In this document: positions 9,757 through 19,346 of the stretch, piece by piece
Layout: each line of letters starts with the position of its first letter
Numbering within the stretch: the stretch's first letter is position 1
NCBI GenBank assembly: GCA_013203045.1
Contig: JABMQN010000059.1
Location: 1 to 62,889 of the forward strand
Origin: Chloroflexota bacterium
GTDB lineage: Bacteria > Chloroflexota > Dehalococcoidia > SZUA-161 > SpSt-899
Direction of reading: 5' to 3'
DNA length: 62,889 bases
Translations under genes and position numbers: made by a program
Notes under the pieces: model-generated
Seen by the model: the letters and a program-made list of their open reading frames with translations, nothing else
Database searches by the model: none
What the model was told of the DNA's origin: nothing

Positions 9757-10865
9757 CGGTCAACACTCCCCAGACAAATATCAATACTCGCAAGAGTTGC
9801 AATTAGGTCAGCGATCTTACTTCCGATGGCCATATCACGCAAAGCTCCCAGATTGATAAAATCAGGCGATCGGACATGCCATCGATAAGGAGCTATTGAA
9901 CCATCGCTAACGATGTAGAATCCCATCTCACCCTTCGGAGCTTCAATAGCTACATACACTTCCCCTACAGGGGGACGCAACAGATTAGGCACTTTAGCTT
10001 TTACCGGTCCCGGAGGCACTTCCTGCAATTGCTCCAATGCCTGCTGCACAATTCCGTAACTCTGCATTACTTCTTCCATGCGCACGCGGTAACGATCCCA
10101 GTTGTCCCCATTTTTGCCGGTAATCACATCGAACTTAAACCGGTCATAGATCGAATACGGAGCATCCCGGCGCAGGTCCCAATCAACATTAGCCGCCCGA
10201 AGACACGGGCCACTCATTGAGTAGTTTATGGCTTGCTCGGCAGATATCACGCCAGTACCTATTGCACGTGCCTGGATGATCTCGTTACCTATTAGCAGGT
10301 CTTCGAATTCCTGGAAATATGACGGGAACTCATCCATGAATTTGGTTACTGCCGGGAAAAACTCAGGTGGCAGATCATGGCTTACGCCGCCAATGCGCAT
10401 GTAATTGTACAGGAAGCGCTGTCCACACAGCATTTCATACAAGTCAACGAGCTTCTCACGTTCCCGGAACATAAGCAGAAACGGTGTCTGCATGGCACCC
10501 AAATCGGTGATGAAAAACCCGACTGCGAGCATGTGATTGATCATACGCTGCAGTTCACTGACTATCATTCGTATATATTCTGCTCGCTCCGGCACCTCAA
10601 TGCCTGCCAATGTCTCCACTGCCAAGCAGTATCCCCAGTTACCCTGCATAGACGATACGTAGTCGAGCCTGTCAGTAAAGGGGATAATCTGAGTGTAGGT
10701 TCTGCCTTCGGCCAGTTTCTCAAGGCCGCGATGCAGATAACCAAACATGGGCTCCACTTCACGTACCATTTCGCCGTCAAGCGTAACCCGCATGCGAAAG
10801 ACCCCGTGTGTCGACGGGTGATGCGGCCCGATATTCAAGGTGACCAGGTCAGTCTTCAGTGCCAT
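9753..10865 (-). CDS. nuoD: NADH-quinone oxidoreductase subunit D
   Basis: 370 aa with GPHHPSTHGV and a C-terminal DICLGSVDR typical of NuoD/49-kDa subunits. Confidence 0.95.
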   Translation of the reverse strand: MALKTDLVTLNIGPHHPSTHGVFRMRVTLDGEMVREVEPMFGYLHRGLEKLAEGRTYTQIIPFTDRLDYVSSMQGNWGYCLAVETLAGIEVPERAEYIRMIVSELQRMINHMLAVGFFITDLGAMQTPFLLMFREREKLVDLYEMLCGQRFLYNYMRIGGVSHDLPPEFFPAVTKFMDEFPSYFQEFEDLLIGNEIIQARAIGTGVISAEQAINYSMSGPCLRAANVDWDLRRDAPYSIYDRFKFDVITGKNGDNWDRYRVRMEEVMQSYGIVQQALEQLQEVPPGPVKAKVPNLLRPPVGEVYVAIEAPKGEMGFYIVSDGSIAPYRWHVRSPDFINLGALRDMAIGSKIADLIATLASIDICLGSVDR

Positions 10866-10872
10866 TTTTTTG

Positions 10873-10900
10873 CTATCAGCGATCAGGGATCAGGGATCGG
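10873..10900. repeat. four tandem heptamers (CTATCAG CGATCAG GGATCAG GGATCGG) between nuoC and nuoD
   Basis: Read directly from the sequence. They lie 8 nt upstream of the nuoD ATG, which has no Shine-Dalgarno sequence. Confidence 0.8.
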
Positions 10901-10919
10901 CCCCTTCCCCACCACATGT

Positions 10920-11357
10920 CTACAGAAAATCCTGTCTTAGTGGATGCCCTTCGAACCCTTCCCACAATGCGATGCGCTTAAGGTTCGGATGCCCGATAAA
11001 ACGGATTCCCAACAAGTCAAAAATCTCGCGCTCCTGAACATCAGCGCCCTGCCATAAATGAGTAATGGAGGGAATCTCAAGATTCTCTCGGCCACTCAGG
11101 TGAGACTTAACCATCAGGGTTTGCTTATTGTTCATGGAGGTCAAATTGTAAATCACTTCGAAGTATTGAAGGTAGTCAACTGCGGTCAGGTTATTCAGGT
11201 AATTGAAGTCAAACTCGGGAGTATCTTTAAGAAAGCGCATCACTCCAGGTATAGCCCGGCTATCAATCAAGATACTTTCCTGATCACTCTCGACAACCGA
11301 CTCTGGTATTTCTGCCTGAATTTTGGCCTCAATATCAAGACCCGCTAACACTTTCAT
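10920..11357 (-). CDS. nuoC: NADH-quinone oxidoreductase subunit C
   Basis: 145 aa with a 30-kDa-subunit-like C-terminal region (EREIFDLLGI.F.GHP.L.RI); operon position supports the call. Confidence 0.85.
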   Translation of the reverse strand: MKVLAGLDIEAKIQAEIPESVVESDQESILIDSRAIPGVMRFLKDTPEFDFNYLNNLTAVDYLQYFEVIYNLTSMNNKQTLMVKSHLSGRENLEIPSITHLWQGADVQEREIFDLLGIRFIGHPNLKRIALWEGFEGHPLRQDFL

Positions 11358-11364
11358 GCTGTCT

Positions 11365-11985
11365 TTAGTCCAACCTTGGCAAATGAACGTTATCTTTCAG
11401 GTAACCCTGCTTTTGTATCTTCTCATGAAGTTCCATCAAACCGTGATACAATCCTTCCGGTCTGGGGGGGCATCCCGGCACATACACATCAACCGGCAGG
11501 ATGCGGTTGATTCCCGGAACCACACTGTAGGATTCGGAGAAAGTGCCGCCACTGCATGCACAAGCGCCCATGGCCAGAACCCACTTGGGTTCCGCCATCT
11601 GATCATACAGTCGGCGAACCGCGGGAGCCATTTTCCAGGTCAATGTACCGGCGATAATCATCATGTCCGCCTGGCGCGGTGAAGGGCGGAATATCTCCAT
11701 TCCAAATCGAGAAATGTCCCATCGATTGCCTGCAGCGGCCATCATCTCAAACGCACAGCAGGCCAGCCCGAACATCATAGGCCACAGTGACCTTTTTCGG
11801 GCCCAACCCAATACAGCATCGAACGTAGTAAGCACCACGCCTCCGTGGTCAACCCCTAATAACCATTCATCCGGATCCGGTATGGGTTGCTGTGAACGAG
11901 CGATTATATCTTCAACGAGTAGGCCCTCGTCCTTATTGGCATCACCGCTTGAATATGGCAATATCAAATGATCATAATCCGGCAT
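11365..11985 (-). CDS. nuoB: NADH-quinone oxidoreductase subunit B
   Basis: 206 aa with N2-cluster ligand motifs ([23 protein letters not shown]) and an N-terminal extension of about 50 aa. Confidence 0.95.
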   Translation of the reverse strand: MPDYDHLILPYSSGDANKDEGLLVEDIIARSQQPIPDPDEWLLGVDHGGVVLTTFDAVLGWARKRSLWPMMFGLACCAFEMMAAAGNRWDISRFGMEIFRPSPRQADMMIIAGTLTWKMAPAVRRLYDQMAEPKWVLAMGACACSGGTFSESYSVVPGINRILPVDVYVPGCPPRPEGLYHGLMELHEKIQKQGYLKDNVHLPRLD

Positions 11986-11986
11986 G

Positions 11987-12394
11987 TTACTTCCACTCCA
12001 GAGCTTTCTTCTTCCACGCGTACAGGAATCCGATTAATAGAATTACTACAAAAACGATCACTGCCACCAGCGCCCATATTTGATCTCCCCTCTCCCACAC
12101 TTGCACATCGCCCTTATCGATCCCGGCAAATCTAGCTGCCCAGGGAAATATGAACACTGACATGACATCTAAGACAACAAAAAGAATTGCAAACGTATAG
12201 TAATGGAAATTGAACTGGGTCCATGCTTCCTTGAACGGCTTCATGCCGCACTCATAGGTATCCTGCTTAGCCTCACTGGGGTTTTGGGGGATAACACCGC
12301 TATACCTTAATATCAAGGGAAGACCAATGAGTAAAAGGGGAAATATTATTGCTACCGCTAAGAAAAGTCCGAGTGTACCGAGGTTCTCTAGCAA
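11987..12394 (-). CDS. nuoA: NADH-quinone oxidoreductase subunit A
   Basis: 135 aa with three TM helices. TTG start with AAGGAG 8 nt upstream. First gene of the operon. Confidence 0.85.
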   Translation of the reverse strand: MLENLGTLGLFLAVAIIFPLLLIGLPLILRYSGVIPQNPSEAKQDTYECGMKPFKEAWTQFNFHYYTFAILFVVLDVMSVFIFPWAARFAGIDKGDVQVWERGDQIWALVAVIVFVVILLIGFLYAWKKKALEWK

Positions 12395-12426
12395 GAGTCT
12401 ATCTCCTTATCACACAAAACCTGCTT

Positions 12427-12456
12427 AGTATAGCATGGGCCAAAAGTCAGGGTCAA
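12427..12456 (-). promoter_or_regulatory. candidate sigma70-type promoter of the nuo operon
   Basis: The minus strand reads TTGACC-N18-TATACT, ending about 30 nt upstream of the nuoA start. Confidence 0.4.
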
Positions 12457-12629
12457 GGAATTTTCTAGGCATTTTGACCGATTTACGTTCATTTTTATTA
12501 AGTAACATCAGCATGTAAGGCATGAAATGGGAAAAGTGAAATATATCATTTTGTACGAAGCAAAGAATCCTCCCGATTGTCCATGAGATACTTCATCCTT
12601 CGCTGAATGATTCAGCATGACATACCATA

Positions 12630-12656
12630 GAAAAGGGGCGCGATTATCCGCACCCC
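12630..12656 (-). terminator. Rho-independent terminator after metK
   Basis: The minus strand has GGGGTGCG-gataat-CGCGCCCC followed by TTTTC, 38 nt after the metK stop. Confidence 0.6.
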
Positions 12657-12693
12657 CAGAGTTCCTAATCCCTGACCACCGATACCTAATCGT

Positions 12694-13902
12694 CTATAAT
12701 CCAGCTTCTTTCCTTAGGATTTCAGCCATATCAGTTTTTTCCCATGGCAAGTCAATATCTGTTCGGCCAAAGTGACCATAAGCCGCTGTCTGCTTGTAGA
12801 TTGGTCGGCGTAAATCTAATGTTTCAATAATCGCACCCGGACGAAAGTCAAAATGTTTATCAATAAGATCATAAATAATTTGGTCGTCTACTTTGGCAGT
12901 ACCAAAGGTTTCCGGTGAAACCGATAATGGATGAGCCACACCAATTGAATAGGCAACTTGCAACTCAAGCCGATCAGCCAGACCTGCTGCAACGATGTTC
13001 TTGGCAACGTATCGGGCCATGTAGCAACCAGTCCGGTCCACTTTCGTAGGGTCTTTGCCCGAAAAACATCCACCACCATGCCTACCGATCCCACCGTAGG
13101 TATCGACGATGATCTTACGGCCGGTAAGACCGCAGTCACCCATGGGACCACCAGTGACAAACCTGCCAGTAGCATTTATGAAGTATTTGGTATCACTATC
13201 CAGAAACTCACTCGGTATAACCGGCTTGATAACCTTCTCCAGTATATCCTTCCGTAGTGTATCAAGCTTTATAGCAGCATCGTGCTGAGAAGCAATAACT
13301 ACTGCCTGTACCCTTTTAGGTACACCATATTCATATTCCACTGTAACCTGCGATTTACCATCAGGCCTGAGATAAGGGAGGGTTTTATCTCTTCTCACTT
13401 TAGTAAGCTGTCTGGTGAGTTTATGAGCCAGGGAAATAGGCAGGGGCATCAACTCCGGTGTCTCGTTACAGGCAAATCCCACCATCATTCCCTGATCGCC
13501 CGCACCAAGGGTATCTTTTTCATTCTGTTTCTCTTTCGCCTTGATTTCCCACGATTCATTGACACCCATAGCGATATCAGCCGATTGTTCCTTAACTGAA
13601 ACGATCACTCCACAGGTTTCATAATCAAAACCATATTTCGCCCGAGTGTAGCCAATCTCTCTGACCGTATTTCGAACGATCGTTGGGATATCAACATAAC
13701 AGCTCGTGGTAATCTCTCCCATCACTGTCACCAGCCCGGTATTGGCCGTTACCTCACAGGCGACCCTGCCCATGGGATCCTCAGCCAAAATGGCATCCAG
13801 TACAGCATCAGAGATCATATCACAGAGTTTATCCGGGTGTCCTTCGGTCACCGATTCCGAGGTCATTAAAGCTGATTTCATATTCATAAAGGTCAAACTC
13901 AT
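12694..13902 (-). CDS. metK: S-adenosylmethionine synthetase
   Basis: 402 aa with [20 protein letters not shown] and [15 protein letters not shown]. The true start may be one of the internal Met codons at residues 6-8. Confidence 0.95.
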   Translation of the reverse strand: MSLTFMNMKSALMTSESVTEGHPDKLCDMISDAVLDAILAEDPMGRVACEVTANTGLVTVMGEITTSCYVDIPTIVRNTVREIGYTRAKYGFDYETCGVIVSVKEQSADIAMGVNESWEIKAKEKQNEKDTLGAGDQGMMVGFACNETPELMPLPISLAHKLTRQLTKVRRDKTLPYLRPDGKSQVTVEYEYGVPKRVQAVVIASQHDAAIKLDTLRKDILEKVIKPVIPSEFLDSDTKYFINATGRFVTGGPMGDCGLTGRKIIVDTYGGIGRHGGGCFSGKDPTKVDRTGCYMARYVAKNIVAAGLADRLELQVAYSIGVAHPLSVSPETFGTAKVDDQIIYDLIDKHFDFRPGAIIETLDLRRPIYKQTAAYGHFGRTDIDLPWEKTDMAEILRKEAGL

Positions 13903-14399
13903 ATCCCGTTTTCCTCCCTGAGCATTAACTCAATTTTAGCTTACCGCAAGCATTAATTCAGGTCAAGGGAAGCGTTCGAAAACACGACCATTTTTGACAA
14001 CAGCCATGTGATATTCTACACTGTTAAAAGTAGAAAGACACCGGAAAAGGGAGCATTCATCCATACTTCTCTCAGGGTTTCTTTGTAAGCAAAGGAAAGT
14101 GATAATTAGTTAACCTTGCTGAGAGAAAATCAGCTTATGTTAGAATACCAGAGTAACTCTGCCCAAATTCCGCTAACGATCGGGGGCATCCCCCAGTACC
14201 CGTTCCACATCATAGATGGCTTCAATAGCAGGTTCAACCAAGGTTCAGTCAATCGACTCATAATAACCCTGATACTCCTCTGAACAAGCCAACTTTCACA
14301 GGGGTATTCTTTAATATGACTATACTTGCAGTTTGTAGATAGGACAGATGATCACCGAAAATTCTTTTTTAATAATTACATTGTGACAAAGGAGAGAAA

Positions 14400-15197
14400 A
14401 TGGAAATCGTAGGAGAATTGATAAACGCCAGCCGCCAGCCAATCAAAGAGGCCATCGAAGCACAAGATACCGATTATATAAAAAAGGTAGCCAAAGATCA
14501 GGAGGATCATGGGGCTAATTTCATTGATGTTAACGCCGGTGTTTTCGCCGACAAAGAAAGTGAATACCTCAAATGGTTGATATCCAACGTACAGGAAGTT
14601 GTAAGTGTACCCTGCTGCATCGATAGCCCTAATCCCAAAGCAATCGAGGATACGCTCGAAACACATAAAGGAATCCCACTGATCAATTCAATTTCGCTGG
14701 AGACGGAACGATATGACAAGCTCCTCCCCATCCTCTCCAATAGCGATTACAAAGTAGTCGCCCTATGCATCAGCGACAAGGGAATGCCAGACGGTGTTGA
14801 TGAGATCATGGCAAATGCCGACAAGCTGATAAACGGTCTAACCGGTGCCAATGTCCCCATCAATCATATCTATATCGATCCGTTAGTAAAGCCCATCTCC
14901 GTCAAGGATTCTCACGGAGTGGAAGCCCTGGATAGCATCCAGCGAATTATGAAGGAGTACCCCGGCGTGCACACAGTCTGGGGGAATTCGAATCTCTCCT
15001 TCGGCGTGCCCAAGCGATGGATACTCAACCAGGTTCTCGCCGTGGCGGCAATCACACGCGGTCTGGACGCCGCTATTTTGAATCCCCTCGATAAGCGCCT
15101 CATAGCCTTCATCACCGCCGCCGAAACACTTGCCGGAAAAGATGAGTGCTGCATGAATTATATGAAGGCCTATCGGAAAAAGAAGTTTGAAGTTTAG
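14400..15197 (+). CDS. pterin-binding methyltransferase (methyl-H4folate:corrinoid methyltransferase, AcsE/MtrH-like)
   Basis: 265-aa TIM-barrel pterin-binding pattern: FIDVNAG, IDSPNP, INSIS, DPL..P, SN.SFG.P.R..LN. GGAGAG lies 6 nt upstream of the ATG. Confidence 0.7.
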   Translation: MEIVGELINASRQPIKEAIEAQDTDYIKKVAKDQEDHGANFIDVNAGVFADKESEYLKWLISNVQEVVSVPCCIDSPNPKAIEDTLETHKGIPLINSISLETERYDKLLPILSNSDYKVVALCISDKGMPDGVDEIMANADKLINGLTGANVPINHIYIDPLVKPISVKDSHGVEALDSIQRIMKEYPGVHTVWGNSNLSFGVPKRWILNQVLAVAAITRGLDAAILNPLDKRLIAFITAAETLAGKDECCMNYMKAYRKKKFEV

Positions 15198-15251
15198 ATA
15201 AATCACCCTCACCCCAGCCCTCTCCCTTGAAGGGAAAGGGGGTTAAAATAA

Positions 15252-15938
15252 ATGCCTGCACTTTACTTGGTAGCAACGCCTATTGGCAACCTGGAGGATG
15301 TCACCTTCCGGGCCATCCGCATACTGCGGGAGGTCTCACTCATCGCGGCAGAGGATACCCGTAAAACCAAGCGACTCTTGTCTGCCTACGAAATCCAGAC
15401 ACCCACAACCAGCTACCATGAACACAATAAGAAATCTAAATTACCTCAGCTTTTAAAAGCCTTTGAAGAAGGTGATGTGGCTCTGGTTTCCGAGGCAGGC
15501 ATGCCCGGAATCAACGATCCTGGATACGATCTGGTGAAGTCAGCAATTGAGCACAATATCGACGTTGTCCCTATCCCCGGCCCATCCGCTATACCTACCG
15601 CTCTTGCAGCTTCAGGACTCACGGCTGAGCAATTTGTTCATCTAGGATTTCTACCACGAAAGACAGGACAGAGGAAAAAACTGCTGGAATCATTGGCTGA
15701 CCAGCAACGCAGCATCGTTGCCTTTGAATCGCCACACAGAATAATTGCTACACTCAAGGATGTTCAAGAAGTCATGGGGGATCGCCGGCTCTCCATCTGC
15801 CGTGAAATGACCAAGCTTCACGAAGAGATATACCGAGGAACGGCAGTAGAAGCTATTGAGCATTTCGCCAAACCCAAAGGCGAATTTACGCTGGTAATCG
15901 AGGGAAAACCACGTAAAAAGACAAATCCTAAACCCTAA
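15252..15938 (+). CDS. rsmI: 16S rRNA (cytidine1402-2'-O)-methyltransferase
   Basis: 228 aa. LYLVATPIGNLEDVT.RA...L and EDTR.T..LL are canonical RsmI N-terminal motifs. Confidence 0.9.
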   Translation: MPALYLVATPIGNLEDVTFRAIRILREVSLIAAEDTRKTKRLLSAYEIQTPTTSYHEHNKKSKLPQLLKAFEEGDVALVSEAGMPGINDPGYDLVKSAIEHNIDVVPIPGPSAIPTALAASGLTAEQFVHLGFLPRKTGQRKKLLESLADQQRSIVAFESPHRIIATLKDVQEVMGDRRLSICREMTKLHEEIYRGTAVEAIEHFAKPKGEFTLVIEGKPRKKTNPKP

Positions 15939-15954
15939 ACCCTAAACCCTAAAC
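15927..15954. repeat. four perfect tandem copies of CCTAAAC (complement of TTTAGGG)
   Basis: Read directly from the sequence. The repeat spans the stop codons of the convergent genes rsmI and 15949..16329. Confidence 0.9.
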
Positions 15955-16329
15955 TCCAATACTCCTTGATTTTCTCCAACTCCATAGAAACAGGATGCCA
16001 GTTAGAAGGTATGGGCCACCGGAAATGAGCATAGCAAACGCATGGTTATGCCCGGCAGCAAAACAGGCAAACGTACTGTGCGCGATAGCGCAGACCACTA
16101 ACACTACCCCACCCATCCACTCTCGCCACCAAGCAGTAATAACGCCCAACGTAGAAGCAATAATCAACACCATTATCACTGTACTTTCCCACGTCCACGG
16201 CTCGGATCCATCCGCAGCATAGCCAGTTACCATTAACAGCCAGAGTGCTGTTATTAATAGGCCTGCACCACGGGCAATCCAGCGTATCCGATTTGGTGTC
16301 CTGCCCTCGATATCATTGCTTTTAGACAT
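15949..16329 (-). CDS. hypothetical membrane protein (4 TM)
   Basis: 126 aa with four hydrophobic helices. I do not recognise the family. Confidence 0.5.
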   Translation of the reverse strand: MSKSNDIEGRTPNRIRWIARGAGLLITALWLLMVTGYAADGSEPWTWESTVIMVLIIASTLGVITAWWREWMGGVVLVVCAIAHSTFACFAAGHNHAFAMLISGGPYLLTGILFLWSWRKSRSIGV

Positions 16330-16363
16330 TGGTTAATCCCAACCTATACCATTGAATGTCATT

Positions 16364-16520
16364 CCCGACTCCGCAGACTGTGTCACAATACAAACAAAAC
16401 CGTATATTTGCAATGTCATTGCGAGCAAAGTGAAGCAATCTCCTCGAATGCGGTAAGATCGCCGCGTCGCCTGCGACTCCTCGCGATGACATTATGACAC
16501 AGTTTGTCCGATCAGGAATC
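16364..16520. repeat. composite palindromic REP/MITE-like element (about 155 nt)
   Basis: Inner inverted repeat AATGTCATTGCGAG ... CTCGCGATGACATT. Outer imperfect arms CATTCCCGACTCCGCAGACTGTGTCACAAT / ATTATGACACAGTTTGTCCGATCAGGAATC match at about 21 of 30 positions as reverse complement. ATGTCATTCC recurs at about 23171. Confidence 0.6.
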
Positions 16521-16637
16521 CAAGATGAGAGAGAAATTGGATTCCGGATCATTTTGGAATAATTATGTGAAAGCCTGGGATGGCTGAATTCAGCCATCTC
16601 TCCTAATAGTGTTACCTATTTTACATTACTTCTTCTG

Positions 16638-17177
16638 TTACCCAATCTTGTGAGCAACATAGGCCGGCACTGGGGGCTTCCTTTCCTCACGTTCTTTCAT
16701 CTGCTCGGCCAGCCACTGGAACCACTCCCAGGTAGTGTCTCGATGAAGCTTCTTACGTTCATCCCGCACATAGTCACCGAGCACATCCCAGGAAATCACT
16801 ATTGGGCCACTGAAGAAATCATCCACCATATCAAGACTCATCTCTCCACGATAGACCATGATTCCCAGGCTTTCCCATGTGGCCATCAGATCATATATAA
16901 GTCCAGGGTTCTGATGCACAGCATCAGCAACCTTTTGATTTGAAGGACCGTAATAGATATCGAATAACACTCTCATCGCTCTGGCAAACTCCGGTGTTTG
17001 CAACCTGTGAACCAACTCAAGCATCGCACCTCTCTCACGAGCTGCCCGCGCATGACGCAATTGTACGACCGTAAACCCGATTCCAGCAATCAGGATAACC
17101 GTTGAAATTATTGCAGCAATTGCTCTTACCATTTCCATCTTTTTCACCATTTCCCTAAAGTATCGTGCTTTTCTCAC
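16638..17177 (-). CDS. hypothetical membrane-anchored protein (possibly DUF4760-like)
   Basis: 179 aa with a single N-terminal TM helix followed by a helical soluble domain. The family assignment is from memory only. Confidence 0.45.
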   Translation of the reverse strand: MRKARYFREMVKKMEMVRAIAAIISTVILIAGIGFTVVQLRHARAARERGAMLELVHRLQTPEFARAMRVLFDIYYGPSNQKVADAVHQNPGLIYDLMATWESLGIMVYRGEMSLDMVDDFFSGPIVISWDVLGDYVRDERKKLHRDTTWEWFQWLAEQMKEREERKPPVPAYVAHKIG

Positions 17178-17284
17178 GCAAAGTATAAAGACGTAATGCT
17201 GCGATGGATAGTTCCACTAAAACGAAAAGAGGGCTGACCGGATACGGTCAGCCCTCTTTTCGGTATCTCTACCAGTGTTATTAT

Positions 17285-18073
17285 CTATAGGCCCTTAAAC
17301 TCGGGCTTTCGTCTCTCCATAAACGAAGCGATTCCCTCGCGAAAGTCATCGGTAAACGCATGCTGCGCGGTGGAGGCGATTTCCATCCTGAGCGCAGTGG
17401 TCAGATCTGCCTGAATACCCTTATTACACAACCACTTGATGGTCTTGGAAGCCATCGGGCTCTGCTTGGTCAGCTTTTCAGCCATATCCAGAGCGGCCTG
17501 TTCCAACTGGTCATCCGGGACCACCTTGTTGATAAAGCCCCATTCGTAGGCTTCAGCCGCGCTCATCCACTCGCCTGTAAGCAGGATTTCTTTGGCCTTG
17601 CGGAAGTTCATCTGCCGGATAAGCCTCTGAGTGCTGCCGCCTCCGGGGACAAGTCCGCGTGCTGAGTGCTGATCGCCAATGCGAGCCGATTCGCAGGCAA
17701 TGATGATATCGCATGATTCTATCAGTTCGATCCCACCGGCCAGACACATGCCGTGCACCTGGGCAATGGTAGGCTTGGTCAGCTCTTCGATACGGTTATA
17801 TGTTCGGTGGCACATCTCCAGATACTTAACGCACAGGCTTGCCTTCTCCAAACTGGGCTGCATAGCCTTGAGGTCGGCGCCAGCACAAAACGCTTTCCCT
17901 TCGCCCTTGAAGATCACAACCCGGACATCATCATCCTTGTCAATAATCTCCATTGCATCGTAGAGTTCAGCATACACATCAGGACTCAAAGCATTCAACT
18001 GGTCCGGCCGATTCAAAGTGATGGTAACCACCATATCCTTTTTTTCGTAAATAATGGTTTCGTAATTGCTCAA
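17285..18073 (-). CDS. enoyl-CoA hydratase/isomerase (crotonase family)
   Basis: 262 aa with the crotonase oxyanion-hole pattern FCAGADL and G.C.AGG.EL. Confidence 0.85.
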   Translation of the reverse strand: MSNYETIIYEKKDMVVTITLNRPDQLNALSPDVYAELYDAMEIIDKDDDVRVVIFKGEGKAFCAGADLKAMQPSLEKASLCVKYLEMCHRTYNRIEELTKPTIAQVHGMCLAGGIELIESCDIIIACESARIGDQHSARGLVPGGGSTQRLIRQMNFRKAKEILLTGEWMSAAEAYEWGFINKVVPDDQLEQAALDMAEKLTKQSPMASKTIKWLCNKGIQADLTTALRMEIASTAQHAFTDDFREGIASFMERRKPEFKGL

Positions 18074-18261
18074 AGGTTTCCTCCAGTAAGTTTTTTTACC
18101 GGATGCATTTTATCACGGAAGCACTACACCAATCAAACAGACGGTTCGTTTGTGAACTTGATGTACCAAACTGCATTGGTTGAACCGCTTGTATTACCCT
18201 CCATGCATATGTAGGTGACTAAGTGATATGGTGTGCTACTTTGAATGCGTTATGCCTTAAA

Positions 18262-19032
18262 TCACAAACTTCCGGCAGCGACCTCAGCAGCTTTTTTCCC
18301 GGAGAGAAGCATTCCGCCGAAGATTGCCCCCATTCTTGGAGAACCGTAAACCGCGTTAGCAGCCATACCAGTAACTAGCAAACCGGGATATACCTCACGG
18401 GTGTTATCGATCAGATCCTTCTCACCCACTTCGGCCAGCATTGATTTTTCGCCAATAACTTCACCGGTAGCAGTATTTAGTTTTGGTCCGAGCTTCCTGG
18501 TCACTACCCGGCATATTTCGGCGGCATGCCCGGTTGCATCAATCACTGCATTGGCCCTCACAGAGAGAGGGTCTACATGGAGGTTGGCCATGGTGACAGC
18601 GCTCCAATTTAGTACCAGCCCGATGATCCTTTCATCTTTACGAATAAGTACGTCTTCGACACTGATCAGGTTAAATATCTTTGCCCCAGCCTGTATTGCT
18701 TTTGAGCATATGGTTGAAACCGTCTCGATGGAGTCAGCGATATGATAACCAGGTTCGTACTCACTTGATCTGATGCCAAATTCATTCAGGATGGTCTTTC
18801 CCTCTTCCTGAAACACGATCCGGTTGAACATCATCCCGCCACCGGGCATTCCACCGCCAACACGAAGGCCTCTTTCGAAAATTACCGTTTTAATCCCTTT
18901 CTTGGCAAGGTAATAAGCCGCCACCATCCCGGAAGGACCAGCGCCTGCTATGGCCACATCCATTTCCATGGAATCCAGGAAGTCCTTCATAAAGCTGTCC
19001 GCTATTGCGCGGGATATTTTGATATCGTCCAT
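18262..19032 (-). CDS. thi4: thiazole synthase Thi4, archaeal/sulfide-dependent type
   Basis: 256 aa with the FAD/NAD fold [11 protein letters not shown] and GGGM..GG. It has DATGH where yeast THI4 carries the suicide Cys. Confidence 0.85.
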   Translation of the reverse strand: MDDIKISRAIADSFMKDFLDSMEMDVAIAGAGPSGMVAAYYLAKKGIKTVIFERGLRVGGGMPGGGMMFNRIVFQEEGKTILNEFGIRSSEYEPGYHIADSIETVSTICSKAIQAGAKIFNLISVEDVLIRKDERIIGLVLNWSAVTMANLHVDPLSVRANAVIDATGHAAEICRVVTRKLGPKLNTATGEVIGEKSMLAEVGEKDLIDNTREVYPGLLVTGMAANAVYGSPRMGAIFGGMLLSGKKAAEVAAGSL

Positions 19033-19093
19033 TAATTACTCTCCTTATGATCTTTGTTATCGAATATAATTATATGCCGAATCATGGCTATTC

Positions 19094-19346
19094 TCAATCG
19101 TCCTGGTTGTCAAGATTCTTTGCCAGATATACGCGTAGCGGGCATCGGTAGAAAAAAATGTTTACCAAAAGGTATTGAAAATCTGCATAGCCATGGATTA
19201 TCTTCAAAGCATTCGAGAAGGCTTTCCATACCAATGTCTTTTGTCTTGCAGAGTTTCTCAAATCCAGACTCAGCGCATACGAAATTTTTGGGACACTGCA
19301 TATCCCCAATTATCTGCTTGATCTGGTCCCTTTGAGCTTCATCCAT
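19094..19346 (-). pseudogene. small Cys-rich protein whose frame is broken at a T7 homopolymer (+1 shift needed)
   Basis: The frame from ATG 19346 gives MDEAQRDQIKQIIGDMQCPKNFVCAESGFEKLCKTKDIGMESLLECFEDNPWLCRFSIPFGKHFF. After the run of 7 T (plus-strand A 19152..19158) the other frame continues YRCPLRVYLAKNLDNQDD*. The span is 253 nt, which is 3n+1. Confidence 0.5.

Noticed and set aside
13903-14060. A SAM riboswitch might lie upstream of metK.
   Set aside because: The apparent promoter leaves only a short leader. I could not find the conserved SAM-I, SAM-II or SAM/SAH core sequences by eye. This needs an Infernal scan to be certain.
15927-15954. The (CCCTAAA)n-type repeat could be a telomere or a eukaryotic contaminant.
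   Set aside because: There are only four copies, embedded between two ordinary bacterial genes whose stop codons it overlaps. It fits the window-wide pattern of short tandem heptamers.
16322-16597. A 91-aa ORF lies in the gap between the two hypothetical genes.
   Set aside because: It is the translation of the palindromic GTCATTGCGAG... repeat element. It has no ribosome-binding site and no protein-like features.
19033-19093. A TPP riboswitch might lie upstream of thi4.
   Set aside because: Only 61 nt separate thi4 from the preceding gene, and the CTGAGA / ACCTGATCTGGATAATGCCAGCG-type cores are absent.
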